The position numbers and the translations under genes are program-made. The notes beneath the pieces are model-generated. The model worked only from the letters and a program-made list of their open reading frames with translations, had not been told where the DNA came from and made no database searches. A DNA stretch of 64,000 nucleotides from Macrostomum lignano. Its lineage: Eukaryota. Positions 24,645 through 36,145 of the stretch are shown piece by piece (position 1 is the stretch's first letter; each line of letters starts with the position of its first letter). The stretch spans positions 123,234 through 187,233 of the forward strand of contig NIVC01002282.1 in the NCBI GenBank assembly GCA_002269645.1. The letters run 5' to 3'.

Positions 24645-24815
24645 TTAAACGTTGCAATCAAGGTGGCTCGTCTCTGGGGCTCCATGCAGGTTAGCCTGTG
24701 CAACTCCCATGAAGGCGTCTTCGTCCTCTGCAGCCATGTGGGCCTCAACAATGGCGTCATCAACCGCCCCTTCAAGGGTAATGCAGAAGTTATGAATGGT
24801 GACACGTCTTAACCA
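24645..24815 (-). pseudogene. Harbinger transposase, C-terminal piece
   Basis: Joins the 27434-27668 piece to give AAEVV|KT(C)VTIHNFCIT, the LHN-type motif of Harbinger transposases. Confidence 0.7.
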
Positions 24816-24914
24816 TGAGCGGGCAGATGGCCCGATTTCGGGCCATACCGCCAGCACCGAAGCGAACGGCTGCGCGTTTATAAAAGTCTAAAAGTGTGTC
24901 TATCATCATCTCAG

Positions 24915-27402
24915 CACACCCGTTCCCGACGGGAATGACCCGAATTCGGGTCAGTGTCTAAGAATGTTGCAAATAGTAGATGACGCAAAAATGAGAATTA
25001 TTAGCTTAGATATGTCATACCTTTAATTTTAATAACTCGTTTATAATAAAACTACTGTGAAAGTTTTCAACAAACTGTAAAAATTGCTTGTACGAAGTAA
25101 GCTTGTTCCCAATGAAGCCGGCATAGTCTAATTACATGACTTATTAGGGACAATTTCCAAGTAGGAAAAGATGTAAACACTGGAGCATCTGTAAGATACT
25201 AGTAAGCAGGATGGTACAATGAGTAGGTAGGTAGGTAGTTAGGTAGGTGGTTAGGTACATGTGGGTAGGTGTTGAAAAGGAACGGCCAGTTAAGGGATTG
25301 TGCCTGAATAGGAGACTCAGAACTGTGGTACATGCACTTGCACGAGACTGCAATAGAGCCGAAAAAAATCATACACGAATAATGCAACGCATAACAATTC
25401 AGTGAATAACGAATATTGACATTAACAAAAATTCGATTATGTAATAACGGTTTTGATTCATATAATGGTTTAAAGGTAATAAAGCTAATAGCTAATAGTT
25501 AGTGCGAGTGCCAGTGTGAAAAACAGGCACCTAGGCAAAGGGCTGGAACTCCCGGGCAGGCTTCGCAAACGAATATTGTCTTCTTGACCTGGCTAGCTAC
25601 ATAGCACACAAGATATCTTTTGCGTGGTCGGACCTGGTCTCCGATTCTTGGAGCCTTGCTTGGTGAATGGGCGTCAGCACCATCTCCTTCGCCAATAGCA
25701 AGAGCGCCAGCACCACCTGGTGTAGGTCCACGTCTCCTGGCAACCCAAGTGTCCTCCGCAAGACTCTTTATTGCCAGCCTCAGAAACTGCAGAAAGGTCT
25801 TTGTGCCATCTGACTGTCGGTAGATCACCCACGAGTTCCGCACAAGCATCGCAAGAAGATGAAACCCCAGCTTGTGGAACCAGCGCATGCTCTTTTGGTT
25901 CGCGAGATACGGGTGCATTGAGGCGTCCAAATGGTCAATCCCGCCCATACTGGAAGACTAGGCAAGCACGCTAGCAGGATTTTGCACCACCTGCATTGCA
26001 CCACCTGCATTGCACCACCTGCATTGCACCACCTGCATTGCACCACCGCGACGGTTGCGTTGAACCTGAATGCATTCTACCTTGCCCGCCGTGTCCAGCA
26101 AATACAGGGTCTTGGTGCCGCTTTGCTTCCTGTCGACAAATTTACACGCCAAGAGGTCACCTGATCGTGCGAATGCAGATGAAGTTGGGTGGATGTTGAC
26201 AGCCTGCAAATCAGCGGGAATGCCGCGATCCCTCTGCACCGTCCCAGACAGCAGCGTATCGTGTTGCAGCAACCAATCGGCCAGCCGGCGTGATTTAAAC
26301 CAACTATCAGTGAACACATGATGTCCGAGATGGAGGAGACCGCGGCACAGCTCTGCCAAAACTCTCTCGCTCATACTCAAGCCTTGACAACCGAGTTTTT
26401 CACCAAACTGTTGATTAACCTCAGGAGACGTGTGTATCACGAAGTTCCATAAATATGAGCTCTCAGTCTCGCAGAGGCAGTACAGCTTTATGCCATACTT
26501 GCTTCGCTTTGACGGGATATATTGCTTGAAAGCAACTCTCCCTTTGTAAAGCACCAGCGTCTCATCAATTAAAAGTCGCTGTCGGGGCATGTAGTTATTG
26601 CTGCAGAGGTGCCTCACACGATCGAGAAAGGGCTCCATCTTTGCCAATGGACCAGCACCTAAAGCCTCGGAGCAGTCGTAGAAACGGAGTCACGACAGGA
26701 GCTGCTTAAATCGGTCTCTTGATAGAGAGAAATGCTTGGAAAGAAACGGGAAGTGAAAGATCAGGTCGGTTGACCAGTAGCTGGCTATTTCATGCTTCTT
26801 GTCGACTCCCATGAGCAGCACAATGCCCACCAACATTCGAGCTTCATTAGTGGAGCAATCCCGCCAGTTTAACACCAGCTTCGGTACAGCATCCTGAGTC
26901 TCTGCCTCCTGAGTCTTCCAAGCTTTTGCGTTGGTTCATCGGCTAATATCTTCAAACAGTTGATCCGTCAGAAATAGCTTCAGGAAAGCTTCTTCGTTTC
27001 CATCCGCAGCATGTGGAGAATGCCAATCAGGTCGTGCACCGGGGGTACCGAGGAGTTCAGGCAAGGCTGATGGTCGATTATCAGTGTCAGCTTGAACCAT
27101 GTGCCACTCACCAACATGCTCGACTCCCTGGGTTCTCTACCTCATCTTCAAACTCATCAACAGCCTCGTCAGCAGTTGAGTAATAGCTAGACAAATCAGC
27201 TGAATCCGAACTTGCACCAGAATCCATGGTTTGTTGATAAACGATTAGTTTGAATGGATCTTGGAAACTCTATGCTAGAACTCTATGAAATGAATTTGAC
27301 TTTAACAGCTCCCGACGTCCACGGGTGTGAAAGATAGGATGAGAAAATTTTTCTAGTTTGTCTATGACCCGATTTCGGACCAAGCCGTCGGGAACGGGTA
27401 TG
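24915..27402 (-). mobile_element. piggyBac (PGBD4-like) element
   Basis: TIRs CA(C/T)ACCCGTTCCCGACGG plus internal GACCCGA.TTCGG repeats; flanks are TCAG (left) and CTAG (right), not TTAA. Confidence 0.85.
25499..27227 (-). pseudogene. piggyBac transposase, several stops and frameshifts
   Basis: Acidic N-terminus from ATG 27227; IDETLVLYKGRVAFKQYIPSKRSKYGIK, FTDSWF, MGGIDHLD and a C-terminal Cys-rich domain (CYV...CEAC...LC...CF..WH); 14-bp tandem expansion at about 25983-26046. Confidence 0.92.
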
Positions 27403-27433
27403 CTAGCAGGCAAAGCCAGTATTGTAGTGGTCA

Positions 27434-27668
27434 ACCACCTCTGCAGCAAAATTGGGACCGATGACTCTGAGCATGCGCAGACATGGGAATCGGATCTTTA
27501 ATGATCCTATAATACGCTCCACCAGTCAGCAGGTCACTTTCAAGGATCTGTTGAAGGCCCTGGTAGCGTCCGGCAAATTGTCACCAAGAACGGGTGGTAT
27601 TAGCCAATCCATGCACGGGTATATGGAGTCGCCCAGAAGCACGGCACGTGGGAAAGAGTGGAAGTCAT
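27434..27668 (-). pseudogene. Harbinger transposase, middle piece (second Asp and catalytic Glu)
   Basis: LLGDSIYP...FNRSLKVTC*LVERIIGSLKIRFPCL. Confidence 0.8.
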
Positions 27669-27916
27669 TGTTGTGTATTGCATTGTGTATCGATTTATCC
27701 GGTGATTTGGTTTTACTGAGAGCTCAATCCATCTATTCAATAATGCTAAAATGCTTCATTTATGCGCACTGGCTTTGTGTACGTTCTACAATGTACATCG
27801 CTCGCTTAGTTAAATATATAAGTCGGGGCTGGGCCAGTTTCTAGCCATAAGAGTTTTTGACTAGCCTTACATACTGACTCTTGTCAACAAACTATTTTCT
27901 ACTAACTATTAAAGCA

Positions 27917-29050
27917 ATGGAAGGACTGAGGCGTCCATGCTGATGGTTTTCGACACCAATCGAGCAGACAATTGGAGAAGATGGAGCAAAGCGATCGACT
28001 TTTATATGAAGGCTACAAAAAAGACAGAAAAAAGCGAAGAGGTTAAGATCGCAATGCTGCTAACTGCACTTGGACCAGAAGGCCAAGAAGTGTACTCAAC
28101 ATTTCCCGCAGAGGAGGTGAATACTTACGACGACGTAATCAAGCAATTCAAGGTATACTGCGAGCCACTTTGCAACGAAACTTTCGATCGCTACCTGTTG
28201 AGAACCAGAACTCAGGCTGAGTCGGAGGACTTCGATCAGTTCGTAGCCTCCCTTCGACAGCTCGTTACTAGGTGCAATTACGGAACACCGGCCAATGGCG
28301 AGACAGTCAGCGATAGCGTCATCCGCGACCAGATTGTTATAGGAGTCAGCGATCCGGCGCTGAAAGAGAGACTTTTGAGAGAGACAAACCTGACTCTCAA
28401 CCGCGCTATTCAAATGGGTAGGGCTTCAGAGACGTCGAAGCGACAGGCGAGTTCTCTGGCCATAGCTCACGGCAGCTGAGCACCCCCTGCTGTGTCTGTT
28501 GACGCTCTCCAAGGCCGAACCAAGGCACCAGCTAGATCCTCAGGTCCAACCTCAAGGCCTAGCTGTGGCTACTGCTCTATGCAACACGAGCGGAGGAAGT
28601 GCCCGGCCTACGGAAAGAAGTGCAGCATCTGTAGACGACTGAATCACTTTGCGTCAGCGTGCCGGTCTTCCAAGAGGGTCAACGAACTCCAAGACAAAAG
28701 TCAGCAGGACAAGCCAGGCTTTGATCAAGAACCAGACCTAGCGACAGTAATGACAGTTAAGACACCGGAAGCTGAGCCTCTGCATGGCCACTCAACAATG
28801 ATGGTGAGTCTGTCAATAGAATATTCGGGTAAAGCCCTTCAGTTTAAAGTAGACACGGGAGCAGATGTAAATGTAATTCCACTGCGCAGCCTAACCCGTT
28901 TTTCTTCATCGGCTAAAATCGAGCCGCCCACGACATGGACGCTCACTACGTACAACGGACAGCAGCTAGATATTGTTGGACTGACATACCTGACTGTGTC
29001 TTCACCATGCCAGAAAAACAAAAGGCTGCAGTTCGTAGTTGTTGGAGAAA
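27917..29050 (+). pseudogene. Gypsy A gag and protease
   Basis: NWRRW...LLTALGPEG gag; zinc knuckles (CPAYGKKCSICRRLNHFASAC); protease FKVDTGADVN; one stop at 28477-79. Confidence 0.9.
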
Positions 29051-29055
29051 ATTAT

Positions 29056-30468
29056 GTGTTCCTTATTACCAAGACTTTCTCAGTAATCAAGGAAATATCA
29101 TTTCTAGCTACTTTGCTAGGCAACCCAGTTATCAAATGAAGGTACTGCTTACCTTGACTCCGGTTTGAGAGATCTCCTTGTAGCTCTAGGGCTTCTTGAC
29201 TCGTTAGACGTCTATGTTTCGTAAACCAGGTCCACGTTCCTTTACTTCCACTGAAGTCGTTTCCGGCCGGTATCTGTCGTTTGGACCAATCAGAAGCTTC
29301 GTGTTATCGATGGGGATCCCTGCGCCTTAATGCGGTTTCAAATAAGCCTTCTCCTTCTAGCGGTGTCTTAATGCACCCTAGGTATAGCTCCGGTATTCGC
29401 TGATAGTCCTCTAAGATCTATCAGGGTAGTCCTTCTGGAGACTACAACCAATGGAGTCTCAATAGACTCGAGAGTCTCAACAGACTCAAACACCTGGCGC
29501 AAATGAGTGTCGCGAAATTTCAGCCATTAAAATTAAAATTAAAACTGCGCTAGTAAAATTCTTTTTCTCTTTTTTCATTTTTCTTCCATTCCCTGTGTTC
29601 TGTGTACCTTGCCCATCTTCTATCTACCGCGCTCTTCATACTGTAAATTCTTATCTTGTTTATCTTTTATTGATCGGTGTGTTTTTCAGTCAGCCCCCCT
29701 TGGTCTCGTTAGTGCATCTTTAACCCTCACCCTTTTTACCCATTTCTTATCTATTTTCTCTCCCCCCTCTCTCTGCCACTCTCTCAACCAAAATAAATAA
29801 ATATATTCGGTTTGGGCCCTGCGCCCGCTTGCATGCTTATCGTTAACATCGGTTTAACTCTGGTTGAAACTATTTGGTTCTGCCTTCGTATTTTTTCTAC
29901 AATGAGTAAGGCTTACCGCAAGAACTCGACCGAGTCTCGATTTACTTGGTCGGAAGGAAGACCTTTGGAGGCTTCCTCTCGGAGTTCTTCTTCCTTCTGG
30001 AAGGCAAAAATCTTGAGCTCCGGTCCGCTCCGGACCACTTGTATTTATAGGCAATCGAACCCCAAATGAGGTCATTGAGTCCATTGTCTTAAATGTCAAA
30101 GGTTCACGGATTGGCTGCTGTCAAACATGGCGGCAGGTTAGAAAGTTACTCCATTGGTTTAGTGTGAGCATGCATGATTGGTTACCGTAGCTGAGTTATT
30201 TTTAGATATCTTTGATTGGTTCATCTGAGTGCAGACTGAATGATGTATCGCAACTGGGGTTTGAGCTGACAATCGCGGGTAACACGTGATTGAGTGATTT
30301 CTAAAATTAGCATGCTCGAGATTTCTCTCTTCCTATTGATTGATTTAAATATATGTATGGTTCAGCGCATATCTTTATACATGCTACTTAGTATACTACT
30401 GAATAAAATGTGTAAGTAGTACATTAACACTTTTTATGTCTTTTTTTTACGGGAGGTGGAACACTCTA
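29056..30468 (-). mobile_element. LTR-like insertion interrupting Gypsy A between protease and RT
   Basis: About 1.4 kb non-coding insert with TGTTCC...GGAACA ends; minus-strand TATA near 30045 preceded by several CCAAT boxes. No TSD could be identified. Confidence 0.45.
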
Positions 30469-30771
30469 CAAAAACTCCACCCTGATAATAGGCTGGAGGT
30501 TAGCGCTCCACGAGCTAAAGCTCATCAAGAAGCTTTTTGCCATAGACAAGAGCCAACCTAGCCTGACCAAAGTAGAGAAGTCTCAGATTACTACGAGTCA
30601 ACTTTTTACCGACTATCCAACCGTTTTCAAGGGTGTTGGGTGTATGAAACAGCAGTACAGCATTCAGTTGACTGAAAATGCAGTCCCAAAAGTCCAGCCA
30701 CCACGGAAGTCCCATTTGCTGCCTATCAGCCACTGAAGTGCGAGCTAGAGCGTCTCGAAAAAGAAGGAACC

Positions 30772-33700
30772 TGTGGTATATGATCCTACGTGTGTCTCTC
30801 TTTTCTGCCATAGACTTATTTTGTTATGATTCTGCTCTGATACTTTGTTTTAAGTACTAAGCTGCGAGCTGCCTTGAGGAAAAAAGGAAAAGGGAAAAAG
30901 GAAGAAATATACTCTCGCGCAAACTCTAAACGAAAGAGCATTCCTGGAATTCATTACGGAAACCAGATGCTACATTGGCGACGAGGATATGACTGCCGTA
31001 CCCCACACCGCTTCAAGAATCAGTACATTCGATCCGGCAAGACCAGAGAGATGGTCGGTGTACGAAGAACGGTTGGAGAAATATTTTATCGCCAAAGCCA
31101 TCACCGATGAGAACATAAAGAAGGCTGAGCTCATCACAGTGGTGGGTGAAGATTGCTACTGCCTGCTGCGAGATCTGCTGTCTCCAGACCTCCCGAAAAG
31201 TAAGTCTTATGGCGAGCTGATAACGGCGCTAAGAAACTATTTCGCACCGACGCCAAAAAAAGTTTTGGAGCGCTACAATCTCTACAATCGAAATCAACAA
31301 AAGGGCGAAGTAATCTCAGAGTATATAGCAAATTTAAGGAAGCTGGCTGCAACCTGTATGTTTGGGGCCTTTTTGAATGAAGCTATCAAAGATAAGTTTG
31401 TTTGCGGATTGCGCAGCAAGCTCATCCAGCAGCGTCTTCTGCAAGAAGATGACATCGCGCTGGACGAGGCCATCAAAATATCAACCGCCATAGAAACTGC
31501 AGAAAAAGGTGCAACGATCATCAACACTAACAGATTCAGTGGAGCTCAATTTAACTCAGTCAAAGAAGTCAGGCCAAAAAGCTCAAAAGACTCTGCTCAT
31601 GACAGGTGCTACCGATGCTTAGCGACGGGTCACTGGGCAAGAAGCTGCCCACATCGATCTTACGTCTGCAAGAAGTGCAACAAACCGGGCCACCTGGAGA
31701 AAACATGCAGAACTCAGCAGTCGACAGAAGCTCACAGAGCCAGACAGAATGGTCAGAAAAGAAATTACAAAGCAAGATTGGGCCAAGGCACAAGAAGGGT
31801 GAAATACGTGAGCGCAAAGCGAGGCCAAGGCAGCAGTGGGGAGTCGCCCGACTTCTCAAACATCAGTAACGTTGCCATCAGCAGGAACTGCCAGCTCAGC
31901 GAAAATAGCGCTAAAAAGAAACGATTCAATCCTTTCTTGGAAACTATGCAAATCAGCAAGAAGAAGGTGACGTTTGAGGTAGACACGCGCGCCGAACGTA
32001 CAGTTATTAACAAACAAACAGCTGAGCAGCTCGGAGTGAAACCGAACGGCACGACTCTGATTCTCACTTCGTACTCCGGCGTTAAAGATACCACTGCTTG
32101 GAGAAGCCACCGTGCAAGCACTGGACAACGGCACTGCCATTGAGCTTGATGTCGTGATTGTCGACGGCAGAAGACAGAATTTGTTGGGCCGCGATTGGAT
32201 CACGCAACTCGGGAATCTCGCTAGGAAATACACAGGAAGCGCTGGCTGCAGTACACAGTCGGAAACTCTCCTTGTTGATGTGTCTCAAGAGTTGAGTAAA
32301 ATTCTGCAAGAGCACAGTGAATTATTCGCGGATGGCCTAGGTAAAATAAAGCAATTAACGGCCAAGCTTCATCTAAAGGAAGGTTCAATGCCAAAGTTCT
32401 GCAAGTCACGACCCGTGCCCTTCGCTCTGAAGCCTGCAATTGAGCAGGAGCTAAAAAGCTTGGAGAGCCAAGGAATAATTAGACCTGTAAAATCTTCCGA
32501 ATATGCGAGGCCAATAGTGCCAGTTCTGAAGAAGGATGGGAAATCGATTCGCATCTGCGCTGATTTCAAAAGAACAATCAACCCCGCCTTGGAAGTGGAC
32601 ATTTACCCAGTGAGCAGGCCTGAGGAGCTGTTTGCAAAACTAAGCGGAGGAAAGCTGTTCAGCAAGCTCGATATATCTCAAGCGTTCCTACAACTCGAAC
32701 TGCAAGAAGAGTGCCGGAAATATACAACTATCAATACACACCTGGGCTTATTTGAGTACAACAGGCTGGTCATGGGACTAGCGAGTTCATCTGCTCGATT
32801 TCAAGAGGCAATGGACAAGATACTTCAGGGTCTGGACGCCGTTTGCATTATCGACGACATCGTTTTAAAGGCATCGACAGTCGAAGATCACAATAAACTG
32901 CTCACGGACGTGCTAAAGAGACTGCAAGATTATTCGACTCAATCGGTCGAAGTGCCAGTTTATGATGCCGAGTATCGAATTTCTAGGTCACATCATTGAT
33001 GCCACAGGAGTTCGCCAGTCTCCCAAAATAACTAAAGCCATCATTGATGCTCCTGTACCAAGCAACACTGCCGAAGTGCGTTCGCTGGTTGGTCTAATAA
33101 ACAACTATCGGAAATTTATTCGAAATCTATCAGATCTACTGGAACCGTTAAATAGGTTGCTTCAGAAAGGCGTCGACTTTCAATGGACTGATGAATGCCA
33201 GGAGGCGTTCCAAGCATGCAAAGCTATGCTGAGCTCTGATGAGGTCCTAACGCATTATGACCCCAGCAAGCCACTCGTAGTACAGACGGACGAATCATGC
33301 TATGGAGTAGGTGCTGTTCTGTCACACACGCTTAAAGACTCGGAAGAGAAGCCTATATGCTATGGATCTCGAAGTTTGTCCAAAGCGGAGCGGAACTACT
33401 CTCAGATTGAGAAGGAAGGTTTAGCCATCGTGTTCGCGGTAAAGAAATTTCATCAATATCTCTATGGGCGCCAGTTTATCCTGATAACTGATCATAAGCC
33501 TCTGGTCACGATTTTTGGGCCTAAGAACAACATACCCAGCATTGCCACCAGCCGTTTACAAAGATGGGCAGTAGTTCTTTCAGCCTACAGCTTTGAAATT
33601 CGGTACCGACGAACGGAAGACCACGGGAATGCGGATGCCTTGTCCAGACTGCACACTTCCGAATTTCAAGGAGCAGATGATGCCGTGTTCCAGAATAGGA

Positions 33701-35323
33701 TAGATGCGCAACCGATCGACTCCAATGACTTGAAAAGAGCCACTTCGAATGACCCCTTGCTGTCGCGAGTTCTTCGCTACTGCAGAGCTGGTTGGCCAGA
33801 ATCAGTGGAGGCAGAGTTAAAGCCATTTCATAGCCGGCGGCATGAGCTGAGCGTGGAAGATGGAGTTCTATTCTGGGGAATTCGGACAATAATTCCATCA
33901 GTGTTAAGAAGTCAGCTTCTGCAGATGCTGCATGAAGGACACCCCGGAATAGTGGGCATGAAGTCGCTGGCAAAAATGCACATATGGTACCCAGGCATTG
34001 ATAATGATATAGAAAATTGCTTGGCTAGATGCACAGGATGTCAATCGCAACAAAACCTGCCTGCACAAGCACCGCTACAGCCTCTCAATTGGCCAGAAAA
34101 GCCATGGACTCGACTGCACTTGGACTTTTTCGGCCCATGCTACGGATATACTTGGCTGTTGCTCGTGGACGCCACAACAAAATGGGTGGAAATCTTCCTA
34201 ATGAGATCGGCGACCACTTATAACACCATCAACAGACTCCAAGAGACGTTCGCTCGCTACGGATATCCGAAGCAGATCCTTACAGACAACGGATCCCAAT
34301 TTACTGCAAAGGAGTTCAAGGACTACTTAAGGAGTCGCGGAATTGTACAAGTTCTAACATCAATTGGGCATCCACGCTCAAATGGGCAAGCCGAACGGAT
34401 GGTGCAAACAGCAAAGCGAGCCTTAAGGGCTGAGATGAAGAGCAGCCATGATGCTATAGAAAGCATTAATGCCTTCTTGGCACGATACCGCATGACGCCC
34501 CATTCTACTACTGGGAAGTCTCCTGCTGAAATGATGCTCAAATACTCAATACGAACCAAACTCAGCATACTTCATCCAGACACGGACCAGCGAGTCGCCG
34601 AGAAGCAGCATGAACAAAAAATTCAGTATGACGCAAGAGCCAGTCCGAAGATCAGAGAGTTCAAGCAAGGCGACAACGTGCTAACGTTGGACTTTAGAAG
34701 ACAAGCGGAGGACAAATGGGCTGTGGGAACAATCCTTCGACGCCGAGCCCCGCTGTCATATCTAGTGAAGGTGGGCCCCATGGTCTGGAAGCGACATGTG
34801 GACCACACACTGCCTGCTAGTGCTGCAGAGCAACCCCAGACGATCACGGACGAGGTACTGGAACATTTAATCGGCAAGCCTCAACCCGGAGAAAAGGCAA
34901 CACAGTTGGACAAATGTCAACCTGTTTCACAACCGGATCAAGCTACCAAGATCGTCAAGCCGTTAGTGCGTCGACGTCGCTATCAGCATGAGAACGTGCC
35001 ACTAACTGAAACGCGATTGAGGCCTCGAGGAACCGTGATCTGAATACTATTTTATTAAGATGCGATCTTGAAAGAAAAAACGTACAGGGAGTTACCAATT
35101 TTTTTCAAAGGGGTGACATATGTGGTATATGATCCTACGTGTGTCTCTCTTTTCTACCATAGACTTATTTTGTTATGATTCTGCTCGATACTTTGTTTTA
35201 AGTACTAAGCTGCGAGCTGCCTTGAGGAAAAAAAGGAAAATGGAAAAAGGAAGAAATATACTCTCGCGCAAACTCTAAACGAAAGAGCATTCCTGGAATT
35301 CATTATGGAAACCAGATGCTACA
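30772..35323 (+). mobile_element. Gypsy (Mag clade) LTR retrotransposon B, full length, nested in the Gypsy A RT
   Basis: 203-bp LTRs (30772-30974, 35121-35323) with TG...CA ends; PBS TTGGCGACGAGG; 5-bp TSD GAACC (30767-71, 35324-28). The Gypsy A frame EKEGT|IVQVDEPTQWVS rejoins across it. Confidence 0.96.
30989..35043 (+). pseudogene. Gypsy B gag-pro-RT-RNaseH-integrase, two frameshifts
   Basis: gag with two CCHC knuckles; protease site mutated to DTRA; RT (IIDDIV), RNase H (YSQIEKE) and integrase (HHCC, LDFFGP, TDNGSQF, SNGQAER); shifts near 32085 and 32935. Confidence 0.93.
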
Positions 35324-35437
35324 GAACCATTGTCCAGGTTGATGAACCAACTCAGTGGGTGTCAAACGTCACCATTGTCACATAGATCAAGCCTACTGGC
35401 AACGATTCTGATTGTTGCACGCTAGAGCAGATATTTT

Positions 35438-36145
35438 GACCATAGACTATGGTCTAATATTGGTTCGTATTACGTGTTCAAAGATTGCGTGCAGACAATT
35501 TTCGCAGGATAAAAATATAATATGAGAACAACAAGCAAAAAGCAAAACAAATACGACTCATGTTAGTACAACAAAAGTGGTGAACACATATGTTATTGCC
35601 CTGTCACGTATTCCTACTACTAATTGATATTGATCGTACAATTTGCGAACTGGCAGTTGGAGAACACTGCAGAATTGGTATCCTCCCGAAGAGTTGTTGT
35701 CTCGTGGCCGATGATGCTTTTGCTGCTAGTAGAGACGCAGATACCACTGCTGTCGGCATTCACACCGCGTAGTTCTAACGTAGCACCCACAGTAGTTGCC
35801 ATGTCTAGAATGGCGCTGTCACGCTTCCGGGAGAGATCCGCCGCACAGTAGACTCCGTTTGTTGGCCAGTATTGCTCATGATGTCAGACACAGAATAGCC
35901 TGAATCTTTCAGATCAGCAATGCGAGTGACGCGGATGCAGTGGTTTGTATATCCCTTGCTCAGGCTGCACATCTTGCTGATCCGCTGCATGTACGTACAT
36001 AGCCAGTTTATGCCTCGGACTTGCTTACTTGAGAAAGCAAATTGTAAAGCGGAACTAGCCATTGGTCGCGGGAACATAGTGTCATCTTTCGTTTCAGACG
36101 GAAGGACGGACATGTACAGACGTAGAAGGTCATACTGCTTCCCGT
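35438..36145 (-). mobile_element. 5'-truncated Crypton-like tyrosine recombinase fragment inside the Gypsy A RT
   Basis: YTNHCIRVTRIADLKDSGYSVSDIMSNTGQQTESTVRR matches the H-x-x-R...TGH...Y recombinase box pattern; C-terminal FSNCQFANCTININ*; ends at the palindrome GACCATAGACTATGGTC. Confidence 0.75.

Larger units (their letters stand above)
24816..27433. mobile_element. Short solo LTR (about 127 bp net) interrupted by a piggyBac
   Basis: TGAGC...GGTCA ends, 4-bp TSD ACCA (24812-15, 27434-37) and an internal TATAAAA; it interrupts the Harbinger frame. Confidence 0.55.
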
